NCBI GenBank assembly: GCA_002269645.1
Contig: NIVC01004548.1
Location: 1-42,361 of the forward strand
Direction of reading: 5' to 3'
Length of the DNA stretch: 42,361 nucleotides
From: Macrostomum lignano
Lineage: Eukaryota
The notes beneath the pieces were generated by a model, which made no database searches, was not told where the DNA came from, and was given only the letters and a program-made list of their open reading frames with translations. Positions 23,013 to 33,791 of this stretch are shown piece by piece (the stretch's first letter is position 1; each line of letters opens with the position of its first letter). Made by a program: the position numbers and the translations under genes.

Positions 23013-25613
23013 ATGGAGTCCTACCTGCAGTCCATTCGCAGCAGCGCCATGTCATTCCTCGATGGCAGCCGCGCCTGGGACGGCGGCATCTTCCAGTTGG
23101 TCGGTGAGCGGCACCTCCTCTATTCGGCTGTTGTCAATCGCAGCCTCGACCGCCAGGCCATCGTCGGCGACGCAAAATCCACGATGCTCTCCGGGGGCAA
23201 CCTCACGGCAATCGTGTTCACAGTTCTGCTGGTCCTGGCTCTAATAACTCTGATTGTCGTTAGCATCTGCTGCCGCAGGCGGACTGATTCTAACGCTAGC
23301 AATGCGATGAAAAACAAGCTGCGTCTCCGAGCCAGCCGGGTCAACCAGCTGCCCATTTCACTGCGCCGTCTGATGGGCATTGTGTCCGCCCTGGTCCTGC
23401 TGATGGCCCTCGTGCCGCTTATGCTGTCATTCGCGGCCAATTCTCGCCTCCACGCCAGTGTGTCGGACAGCCAATCCAACCGCGACGGCACCGTGGCCAA
23501 TCAGATCCAGCAGGCTTTCGATAGCGTGGAGACTTTCCTGGCCGATCTGGTGCCCAAGGCTCGCCACGACGTGCAGCCCGTCATCCAGTGGACGCTGGAC
23601 ATGACTGCCGCGATGAAAAACAAGTCGCAGACGGCCTATCAGAATGCATTTCGTGAAAAAATCGGCGCCAACACTCTGACAGCCAGCTCATCGGATCTGC
23701 TTGACCGCATGGGACTGTACTATTACACTGGCGTGCGGCTGGGAGACTTAAGCAAGGTGGTGAACAGTGCACTTAACAACCTAAACAATGCGCGACTGCT
23801 GTCGTTCGAGGCGGATTGCAGGCGCTATCAAGTATCTGATAGCATCTGCAGAAATCACTCCAAAAGTATTAATGATGCATTGATAATTATCCGACAAGTA
23901 CACAATGAATGGGCCGAGAAGCCGTCCAGTATGACTCCACAGGGCGCGTTTAACAACGTTACTAATCTTCTCAGAGATTTTGTCGGTACTCTGGACGGCA
24001 CAAACAACTCGCCCGAAGCTCAGCAGCGAATCAAAGAGAAGAAGGTGAACGTGAGCATTGAATTCAACCGCAACATCTCCAGCGTGTTCGATCGCGAGCT
24101 CAACTCCACCGAGTTCATTTTAAGCGGTCTAAATACGAAGCTTGACGACCTGGAAAATAAGACTCAGAAGGCTATCGGCTCGCTACGCAACGCATCTACC
24201 CGCGTCCAGGCTGGTTACGCCAAATCATCCTCCCGATTCGAGTCCATGCGATTCGGCGTGACCACTGTGCTGCTGGTGCTGCTCTTGCTGACGCTAGTGC
24301 TGTTGGCCACGGAGTCTGTGCTCATCCAACTACCCAGTGTTGCAAAGACTCGGTCGGGCATTCTGATGGGCGGCGTTTACGCCAGCTACATCGCCTACGC
24401 GCTGGCCATCGTGTTCGTCTGCCTGTTGTTTTGCATCACCGGCTACCTACAGACAGAAACCTGCCGTTACATGTACGAGGAGAAAACGGCTGACAGCTTC
24501 CTGGTGCCGGAGGTCAACGCGATTGTGCGCGAGCTCAAGGCCCGCGCCGCCGCTGATCCCAACGCAACCGATTCGATTCCGTTGACCGGCGTTGGCCGGC
24601 TCATCGGTGGCATCCTCGACGGCTGTCAGGCTGACCTGCCCATTGTCAAGGCGCTGGACGCTGTCCGTTACATTGACACCGAGGCTTCCAACAGCGCCGA
24701 GGCGTCTCTCGAGTTCAAGAAGAAAGGACGGGATATCCTTCGCCGCGAGATGAGCAACGCTAATCTTGAGGTGCTGCGCGACGAAAATTTGGGAGACAAG
24801 ATGCGAAGCCTGCGCATGGTGTTCGTCAAGTACACGAATTATCCCTTCGCTGACTTGGGTGGCATTGTGGGCGCGAAATCGGACCTGCTGGCCGGAGCAA
24901 AGGGCGTGTTACTGGTGCTGCAGGAGCTCAACCGCTACATTCAATCGCGAATCAACAACACTGAGGACAGCACATGGAAGTTGGCTGACAGCAATAGGGA
25001 GAATATCGGATCGGTGCTGCGCGCTCTAGGAATTCTGTCGAATACCACTGACTACTTTGTGCCAAAGACGGAGCAATTGGAAGCGAAGAAAAACGTCGTG
25101 TCTGTCATTGACACTGTGATCAACAGCAACGAGCACATGGACAGATTCTTGAGAAACTCGACACTTTGGACGGAGACCGCTGTCGAGTACTACACTATGC
25201 ACGTGATTGATGGCAGCACAGCCGAGTCCAAAGCAATCGCTGACAACACCACTATCGGCTTTCTGTCTGTCATTGCACCGTGTCGCAATGTGTACAACTT
25301 CTACCAGTCGTTTGTTGACATCCCGTGCCGTTCGGTTCTGTATCCGCTCAGCATCCTGTGGTTCTGCATCGCCTGGTTCCTCTGGTTCGCTGTACTGCTG
25401 GCTCTCCTGGTGCACCTGTCGTTGGCGAGCTTAGCCGATCCCGCCAGTCAGCAGCAGCCGCAGGCGTCCCAGAACTTGCCGCTGGACGACAAATATCGGG
25501 CCAGCAATGGCGACCAGCTGACCAGCGGCGTCACCACCGCCACTGAGGATGGCGGAGCCACTGTTGAGCCGCTGCTGCAGAAGAAGCCAGCGTCATCGGA
25601 TGCTGCAGTCTGA
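23013..25613 (+). CDS. PROM: Prominin (CD133)-like pentaspan membrane glycoprotein, single coding exon, about 866 aa
   Basis: Uninterrupted ORF with five hydrophobic segments in the prominin 2+2+1 layout, a Cys cluster after TM1 (ICCRRR), two large N-glycosylation-rich loops and PCRNVYN...PCRSV before TM5. The likely start is the ATG at 23013, downstream of acceptor ttttacctgcag (22969); the track start at 22932 is intronic. Confidence 0.8.
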   Translation: MESYLQSIRSSAMSFLDGSRAWDGGIFQLVGERHLLYSAVVNRSLDRQAIVGDAKSTMLSGGNLTAIVFTVLLVLALITLIVVSICCRRRTDSNASNAMKNKLRLRASRVNQLPISLRRLMGIVSALVLLMALVPLMLSFAANSRLHASVSDSQSNRDGTVANQIQQAFDSVETFLADLVPKARHDVQPVIQWTLDMTAAMKNKSQTAYQNAFREKIGANTLTASSSDLLDRMGLYYYTGVRLGDLSKVVNSALNNLNNARLLSFEADCRRYQVSDSICRNHSKSINDALIIIRQVHNEWAEKPSSMTPQGAFNNVTNLLRDFVGTLDGTNNSPEAQQRIKEKKVNVSIEFNRNISSVFDRELNSTEFILSGLNTKLDDLENKTQKAIGSLRNASTRVQAGYAKSSSRFESMRFGVTTVLLVLLLLTLVLLATESVLIQLPSVAKTRSGILMGGVYASYIAYALAIVFVCLLFCITGYLQTETCRYMYEEKTADSFLVPEVNAIVRELKARAAADPNATDSIPLTGVGRLIGGILDGCQADLPIVKALDAVRYIDTEASNSAEASLEFKKKGRDILRREMSNANLEVLRDENLGDKMRSLRMVFVKYTNYPFADLGGIVGAKSDLLAGAKGVLLVLQELNRYIQSRINNTEDSTWKLADSNRENIGSVLRALGILSNTTDYFVPKTEQLEAKKNVVSVIDTVINSNEHMDRFLRNSTLWTETAVEYYTMHVIDGSTAESKAIADNTTIGFLSVIAPCRNVYNFYQSFVDIPCRSVLYPLSILWFCIAWFLWFAVLLALLVHLSLASLADPASQQQPQASQNLPLDDKYRASNGDQLTSGVTTATEDGGATVEPLLQKKPASSDAAV

Positions 25614-27672
25614 GGCTCAGCAGTGAACGTTGCTTTTGTTATGGAAACTGTGCGACAGTGCATTCAAATTTCTGGTGCTTTTTGTAGATTGACAAATCCT
25701 GTAGCATGTTCCATTTGACTAGGGAGACAAGCTGACTCTCAATCAGTAGCTGATGATTCGGTATGTGGGGCTATACAGCGGTACTATTTTCTGATCAACT
25801 CCGAGCTACGATGCACAGCCTGCTACCAATGGAGCATCGATCGGTGACCCTTCTTGCGCTTTTAGCTTCTTCGCTCCCCTGCGCTTCGCATCTCCCTTCA
25901 TAGTGGGCCAGCTTTGCTCACTGCAGGTGCTTTGTCCTGGCAACTGAAACCGATTGTCTGTGTTGTGCGCGGTTTACGATGAAACGGAATTCGTAGCTAA
26001 TATCCCACCTTTTACTGCTTTGTAACTTTTTCTTTACTTGATTGATATTTATTAATAAAATCTGTATTACTTTTTGTAGCCAATCTTTCTATTTACAATT
26101 TGTATTTTATAATAGTTGTGCAATGCCAGGCTGCAGTGCCAATTCGGGTGTCCCGGACCCTCCTTAAGCTAAAACTTTTCAGTGAAATGCCCGAATTGTA
26201 CCCAGTTGGAATGGATTTTGCGAATTTCCCCTTGAATTTTTTATTATAATAATTGCTTTCGTGAATGGTTTTATTGAAATTCAGCTTCGCCTATTCCAGT
26301 GCTTATTATTTGTGCCTCGGTAATTTTTGTCCCATTTTTTCCATCAACAAATTTTGCTCTGGCTCGTGTTGGGCCTGTTACTTTCAGTCTTGCTGTCTGT
26401 CTACCGGTAATGTATTGCTCTGGCTTAGCGGCTCTGCAACTCCTCTCCCCACACTAATCGCCGAGTAATGAATCACTCGCAAATATCCATCTGTCTGCTC
26501 GCAATTCTCGTCAAAAATATATATTTATCGTCATCACTTGCACGAAGCGGACTTGAGTAGCAGTAGTGTGTATATAACTATGCGAGACATCTGTCGCCAG
26601 TTGTTGGTCAACTGAGCTCGTTGCTTTCGAGCTGCATTGAGTAGCGTGGTGTAGTACTGTATGTTGGTCAGGGGAATCGACAAGTGGGGGAGCGGCTTAG
26701 GGTAACTTCTAGCCTTCCTAAGTGATTCATGACTTATTTATACACCTGGAAGCCAAGCGACCTGTTGCGCCGTCGGTGACTCCAGCTGGCTAGAGGGCCG
26801 CGCCCCCCATCCTCCTCGATTAGAGAGAAAAATCATGGCACCCTTTGTCAGCTGATTTGGCGCCACTACACAGCAGTCGTGGTGCCCCTGATCTTGATTT
26901 TAGTAGTTCTCCCACAACTTTGTCCTTTGGGGGCGGCCTCTCAATACTGTTAGACAGTGTCCTTCCGTGGGAGTTGCTGGGAATCTGGGATGCCACGATG
27001 CTTCATGGATGAATGGCGAGTACATGAACAAGTGTATTCACTAGTCAACACTTGACCGCAATACATGTATGCATAGCTGAAGAAGTTTCGTTAACTTAAA
27101 CGTACCGGTACGCTGGATGTACATGTAATATACTGAATTGGAAACTATCAACCACAATTAAGAACTTCGAAAATTTCGTTAATTCTGTAACCATGCACCT
27201 TGCTCTCCTGGTCCTAGTCGATAGTAGACTCGGGATGTAGCCCGGAGCGAGCCTGAAGCTGCATGTACATGCAAGCGTATAATGAGAGAACTAAAGGCTA
27301 TATGTGCTAAACTGGCTTTCGCGCAGCATTCTGTGCTCACATCTGCACTCTGCTGTGATAAACTGCAGAGAGCGTGCAGTGCAGATTCCTATGCCCGAAG
27401 TGGATACTTGTGCAAACAATGCCCTCCCCGAAACCTCATTGTGCAGCTTTATGCCAGACTCGTATATTTACCCACAGCCTGTCACACCTGTGTACTCCCG
27501 TACTCAGCCGGGCAAATTGTCTTGCCTTCCATCATACTGCATCTTGCGTCGCTAGCCCAAAAGCAACCCCAGTTCGAGCTCGGCCTCAGCAGAGATTTGA
27601 GAAGCTGCCGAGTAGATTAGGAAGATGAATTCGAATTGAACCCTGCGATTTGAGACTCGATTTGAACTCGAA

Positions 27673-30134
27673 ATGGCACGGGACGTAGAGCTATTGACTG
27701 TTCTGAGTCTCGTCAGCATCTTCGAGGGTAAGTGAAGAGCATAAAGAATGTAACTGTATGTACTACTTGCCATTTCTACTGTTTGCAATCGTAATAATGT
27801 GCTGCGTATGAAGTGCCTGTCAACTTACATGTAAGCTCATAAAGTGGAGCCCGAGTAATCTATGTACACAATTATATATCATTCTGCTCACAGTGACACC
27901 AGGAAGCTGGATTTGGTAAAACAAGAGAGAGATTTGAGAGAACAAGCAAGCGGATAATTAGGGACTCCACTTTATGAGCTTACGTTTACATATTAGTCCC
28001 TAATTGTTAGACTCCCATTCCTTTAAGACCATTGATAACCGTATTGACAATGTACTTAAATATCTTCATTTAGCAATAAACGCCTCGCCGCCGGGACTGG
28101 CGCATCTGTACAGCGATTTTTACCTGTCCAGGACCAGTTACAGGTACGCTAGGCCGGTGGTTAACAACTCTCAGCCAGTGATCATGTACATGAACGTCAG
28201 CTTGACGCAAATAATGGACGTGGACGAGAAGAATCAGATCATTAAGCTCAACATGTGGGTGTTGCAGGAGTGGACTGACCCATTCTTCATCTGGCATCCA
28301 GAGAGCTACGGTGGCGTCGATCATATGCTGCTGCCGTCTGATGCGCTCTGGACACCCGACGTTGTGCTTTACAGCAAGTGAGTCGCCTTATGTATTCCTT
28401 ACATTTTAGTGCAACAATCTGTATTTAAACATTGATGATGAACGAAGCGAAGAATCTTACAATATTTGTTTTCTGGTTCGGTACGAGCGTATATATCATG
28501 CAAATTGTTTTCAATACTGCTCTGAGGTTTTGGGGCTAAAGAACAAAAATCTGGACAGAGGTCAGGACCATTTGGCCAAATATAGATCATGGCTGGTGTC
28601 TTGGTCTGGCTTTGCCTGCGTTTGGAATTAAAAAGTCTTTTATCCTTGCTTAATCAACCTTTGCGGCGTCAATGACGGACACGGTGGAAGTGGAGTTGTG
28701 ACAAAACCCTTAGCCACCTAATCCTATCTCGAAACTTTTTGTAGCAGTTTAGTTTTTGATATTTTGACTACTTGAGCACTATCAAGTTGATGCAGTTTAA
28801 CTAGCTCGTCCAACACGAACTACTCAAAGAGTATTTATGATATAACTTGTAGCGCCGGCAGCGACTGGGACCTGAGCCAGTCTTCTACCAAGCTGAAGGT
28901 CTATTATGACGGCACGGTAGTTTGGAAGCCGCCCGTCATCTATGAGAGCACCTGCGACATCAATGTGGAGTTCTTCCCGTTCGACATGCAGGACTGCCGG
29001 CTGAAGATGGGCACCTGGACCTACCACGGGCTGCACATCGACCTGCGACATCTAGCGCAGAAGGCCGAGGCTAAACGGCTCAACAGGATCAAGTTCGACG
29101 ACTGCGAAGCCGAGATCAACTACGCAGTGGATCTGTCCGAGTATGTTGAGAACACGGAGTGGGACCTGCTTCAGGTGTCCGCCAAGCGAAACATTGTTTA
29201 TTATGCCTGCTGCCCGGAGCCCTACCTGGATATCACATTCTTGTAAGCATTAATAAATTTGCATTCAAGAGTCAGAATTTGAATGCTATCTAAACTAATA
29301 TTCGTACTCCTTACCTGAACCAACAGCCTGAAGTTTCGCCGGCAGTCCTTATTCTATGGGATCAGCCTCATCTGCCCCTGTTTGGCCATCAGCTTCCTCA
29401 CCATCTGCGTGTTCTACCTGCCGGCTGATTCACAGGAGAAAATAACACTCAGCATCTCAATTCTTATCGCCCTGACTGTGTTCATGATGATGGTGTTCGA
29501 CCTGACGCCCCCGACATCGCTCGTTGTCCCGCTGATTACCAAGTACCTGATGTTCACAATGATCCTAGTGAGCCTGTCCATCCTCGTGTCCACAGTCGTT
29601 CTGAACGTTCGCTACCGGTCGCCGCACGTGAACAAGGTGCCAGACTGGGCTAAGCGGCTGTTCCTGCAAACCCTGCCTGGCACTCTCTGCATGGACCGGC
29701 GAGCGCCTGTCGAGGACATCAGCCACAGCAGCTACCACGGCGCTGACTGTCTCGAGGACGACGATGATGATGAGAAAGAAGAAGAGGATGAAGAAAGACT
29801 CGAAAGCATGGAGGAGAATGACAGTACGGATGTCATCGATGGTGAGGTGAGCGTCCACGATATGGCACGAGCTGTGCGCGGCGTCCGGTCGATTGCGCGC
29901 CGGATCCGCGCCGACATTCGGTCCAGCACAAGCACGGAGGAATGGAAATACGTGGCGCTCGTGCTGGACAGAATCTTCCTGCTCAGTTTTGGCCTGTCGG
30001 CAATCGTTGGCACTTTTGGGATCTTCTTTCAGGCCCCGACGCTGTTCGACACTCAGAAGCCGCTTCGACGCGAGCTGGTCCACGAGTATGAGAGTAACCT
30101 GACTGTGGTGCGCAACTGCAGCTACCGAGGGTGA
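27673..30134 (+). CDS. CHRNA: Nicotinic acetylcholine receptor alpha subunit (Cys-loop channel), 4 exons
   Basis: Exons are 27673-27727 (signal peptide MARDVELLTVLSLVSIFE), 28074-28377, 28853-29242 and 29327-30134, with phases 1,2,2 matching. Motifs include WTPDVVLY, Cys loop CDINVEFFPFDMQDC, WTY, loop-C YYACCPEPY (vicinal Cys marks an alpha subunit), M1-M4, and LPADSQEKITL. Confidence 0.96.
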
Positions 30135-30633
30135 ACCTCAAAAGAATTTCTGAGATCGGCAGTTTTTCATAAGGCATCCGATACTTTGGTTTCCAATGGG
30201 GCAATTCTCGCAAAGCTTGTTGATTATAGCTCGCATAAACACCGAATTATGACCTTCACAACTCTCTGCTTCCTCTCGGATCCAAAACAATTAGATGGTT
30301 GAACTTCCTTGACTATTATATACGAGCTTGTTTTGAATGTTCTTTACCTTAAAAAATTAGCTCGTACGAGCGTATAATTTCAAAGTTGCGTTAAATTTTT
30401 CTACTGAATACATATGTTTGCTTGTAAATTTTTCTGTTAGCGTTCAATCAAAAAAGCTTTTTGAAGTTGCTGCGTTCTAAAGCAAAGCTGTTGGATAAAT
30501 GTGAAGTTAAAGCAGATCCAGACAGTCGCAATTAAATTATTCACAAAACAGTGTGCAGATAGCCTCGATGATGCAAGGGTAGCTGTTCGTGTAAGTTCTC
30601 TTTGGTACAACAACCAAATGGATATAGAAATAT

Positions 30634-33128
30634 TTAAAACGGCACCACAGGCAGCTCTTCGTCCATCTTGTTTGGCACTCTTTGATGCTTTGAATCAACG
30701 ACGCGACCTTCGCAGGGTCGTCTCAAATCTTCGCGGTTCAGCGTCACCCCGAAGCCAGGCCTGTCGGCGGCCAGTCGTACGAAGCCTCGCTCAGGTAGCG
30801 GCTCATCCAGGAACAAGTTGCCGAAGTACGGGCTCACGGTGTCCGCCTCCGGGCTCAGGTTGATGAACTCGCCAAGCGGACAGTTGGGAAAAGCCATCTG
30901 CGAGATTTGGTAGGACGAAAGGTCAACTGACACACTACAGCCACCCAAGTCGCTATTGAACCGACCAAACTCCCACACGATTAGCATACAAAGGTCTCCC
31001 CGGGGCTCTTTGTGTAAGATTCAGGTTGACAAGGTTCTTTTACGGTGTCTTAATTTGAAATTTAATCCTCATTTTATTCCCCTTATCACCCGGGAGCTCA
31101 AGGCAAGGACCTGAATGCGATGTCTAGGCGTTTTTATTCGACTGACCGGACAAGTTCTGCATGCAGTTTGCGGTCGGCCTGATTCACTTCGGGACCCATT
31201 CCGGTGCTCAAAGTTGGCGTTCCCTTTTGCCTACTTTGATGTTGGTGTAAGCAAGCCTTTAAGGGCATTCGCTCGTAATTCGAAGTTTTTTTTAGTTTAA
31301 TCGGTTAGTTTAGATAAATTCAGAGAATATTGAGTAGCTATAACACTAAATTTAATTTTTAATTTATTGACTATGAGTAGAAGCGGAAACAGAACAAAGC
31401 GAACTTGAAGTACTCTTTAATTAAATCAACTGAAAGCTAGCAGTTGTCAATTTGGTATCCAAGCAAGCTTAAGCCAACCTGCAGATGGTAGCTGTACACG
31501 CTGGATCCATGTGGAACAACTACGGCATCCCGAGCAGCTGCCATGGCGACCACCCGACGCGCCTCGGTAATGCCGCCAAGCCAGGTGATGTCCGGCTGCA
31601 GGACGGTCACGCCGCCATCGATTAGATCTCGAAATCCGTAGCGCGAGTACTCGTGCTCACCGCAGGTCAGCTGGACGGTCGACCCGCTGGCCATCAAGGA
31701 GTCAGCCAACCGGCGATATCCGGGATAGTCATCCGGATGCAGCGGCTCTTCCAGCCATCGCAAGCCGTGCGGCTCGAGAGCCTTGGCCAGGCGCAGGCTG
31801 TAGGGCACGCTGAGCGCCATGTAGCAGTCCAGCATGAGCGGGAAGTCCGGTCCCACCTTGCGGCGCCAATCGGCAAAGTAGGCCACGTTACGGCGCAGGC
31901 CAGCGTCGCCTTCTGCCGGACCGTGCGGGCACGGCACCTTGGCGCCGGCAAAACCCAACTTCTGAGCAATGTCCGGCCGAGCTGTGGTGCAGTACACGGG
32001 CAGGCGGTCGCGACAGAGACCGCCAAGTAGATTATAAACTGGTTCGCCTCGCAGTCGTCCCAGCAGGTCCCACAGCGCCAGGTCCACGCGCTGATTGCTT
32101 GCAGAGTGAGGCCCTTGCGGCCGTAATTACTGTGGCGCGGTACATGCAGTCCCACATCTTCTCGATGTTGCGCGGGTCTTCGCCCTCGATGAAGCGGCTT
32201 AGGTGGTTTTCAACGATGTAACAGCCTGCGGTGAGTAACGGAACGGCAAATTGATGACGTAGACAACTGTACATATAGATACCTGTAGCTGATCGATGTC
32301 TCTCACCTGGCTCCCCGGCGATTGTGACTCCAACTCCGGTGGTGCCGTCCTCCGCTTCGACCTCCACAATCATGCTGCCCAAAGCGTTGATGCCCCATGA
32401 CTTGCGGGTGGCGCGGTACTGAGAATAGCAGCTCATGGGATTAGCGATGGGAGTCGGGTAGCCGTTAATCCAGTGCCTGGACAGATGATTTACTAAGTGT
32501 AGACATGCCATGCCATGTTAATCAGAAATTATACACGCTACAGTAATTCAGTTCCCCCAGACATTGCGGTTCTCCATCTGATTTTCGATTGGAGGACCAT
32601 AGTTTTGATTGGAGGCGCGCTTGAAAGATGTGGGCCCGCCAAAACCTGCGGCACCAGAAACGCTTCAGAAAAAAATAACGCACCAGAAGGTGATGTTGGA
32701 AAGGAAATCTAAGTAGAACATCCAGTCCTCGGGACATTGTACGCAGGTTCTTATCTAACTGCTTTCGCATGGCAAGGCCCTGAACAGGACATCACTTGGA
32801 ATTCAATTGCATCAGCGCGCATCAGTCATGAATTTCTTGTCCAGCTAAGAGCGAGCTAAATGCCATCGTCATGCTTGCATAAACCCAGAATAAGCTCAGA
32901 ATCTCACGCTACATTATTTTTTTTAATATAAAAATAACGTCAGGTCAAATGCCTATTTTCAAATGGATTTTAGACAAAGACCCAACAGAGCACAGTTCAA
33001 TTTCAGCTTTGCCTGTCGTCCACATCGTGGCAGTCGGCGCCCTGACGGTCCCCGCTGTTCGTGACAGCAGCCTTCAGCTGGTCCCTGACGTAGGCTCGGA
33101 CCTCGCGAATCCGGGGCATCGAGGCCAT
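30634..33128 (-). CDS. rhmD: L-rhamnonate dehydratase-like enolase-superfamily enzyme (RhmD/LRA3), 4 exons
   Basis: Exons are 33128-33013, 32476-32307, 32225-31479 and 30897-30634. Motifs include GADCHDVDDRHWI, NPMS, SWGINALGSMIVEVEAEDG, DLALWDLLG, metal ligands LMLDCYM / WLEEP / TCGEHE, QPDITWLGG, VVPHGSSVYSYH and RPGFGVTLN, matching the RhmD family. Two apparent 1-nt deletions lie near 32125 and 32088. Intron 1 is GC-AG. Confidence 0.92.
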
Positions 33129-33791
33129 GGCTCCAAGTAGCGGTACTCCACTCATTACTGCTTATACGAGCGTAGTTCAAGAGTTTACTTGCGAATCTTT
33201 ATTTATTCTGGCTCGGACTTATTGGCCTCTTATCTATCTCTTTAGAATTTTACTCGACTGGGAAAAGTTCGGCTGTTAATATTCAATACAAAATCTCGTT
33301 GAATTGTGACAATCGTGACTTGGCTGGTTCTGCTACTTATAACTTGAACAAGTTTCCGAGAGAAGAGATCCATGCTGAGCATGCGGGACAGAGTTTGGTT
33401 GAGAAACCATATATATATTTTGCACGAACACCTGCCATATCTACTGCTTATGACGAATTTAAAAAATATAATATATAATAAAAAGTACACGCGTCCTTGT
33501 GTAGTAAATTAGTTTGTGTTTTACTAGCTTAATATGCACCTGCAAATTATCGACACCTGTAAATATCGCTAAAACTATTTCAGCGTCTCTTTTGAGAACT
33601 CAGCTCAGCCGACAAAACATAGGTGCTAACATTTTTTATTAAATTTAGGCTTTGAAAAAGAAAATCAGTCTCTATACAATCCAGCGAAGCCCTAATTATA
33701 GCAGATCAATATGCGGGGCCAATAGCTTAGCAGCAACTCTACTATAAGTAGTGATGATGAAAACTGAAAATACTTGCTGCTGAGAACAATC

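Noticed and set aside
13368-33128. GH3 and rhmD as bacterial contamination or as true pseudogenes
   Set aside because: Both have multiple phase-consistent spliceosomal introns. Their lesions are isolated 1-nt indels with intact catalytic motifs, more consistent with sequencing error, though this is unverified.
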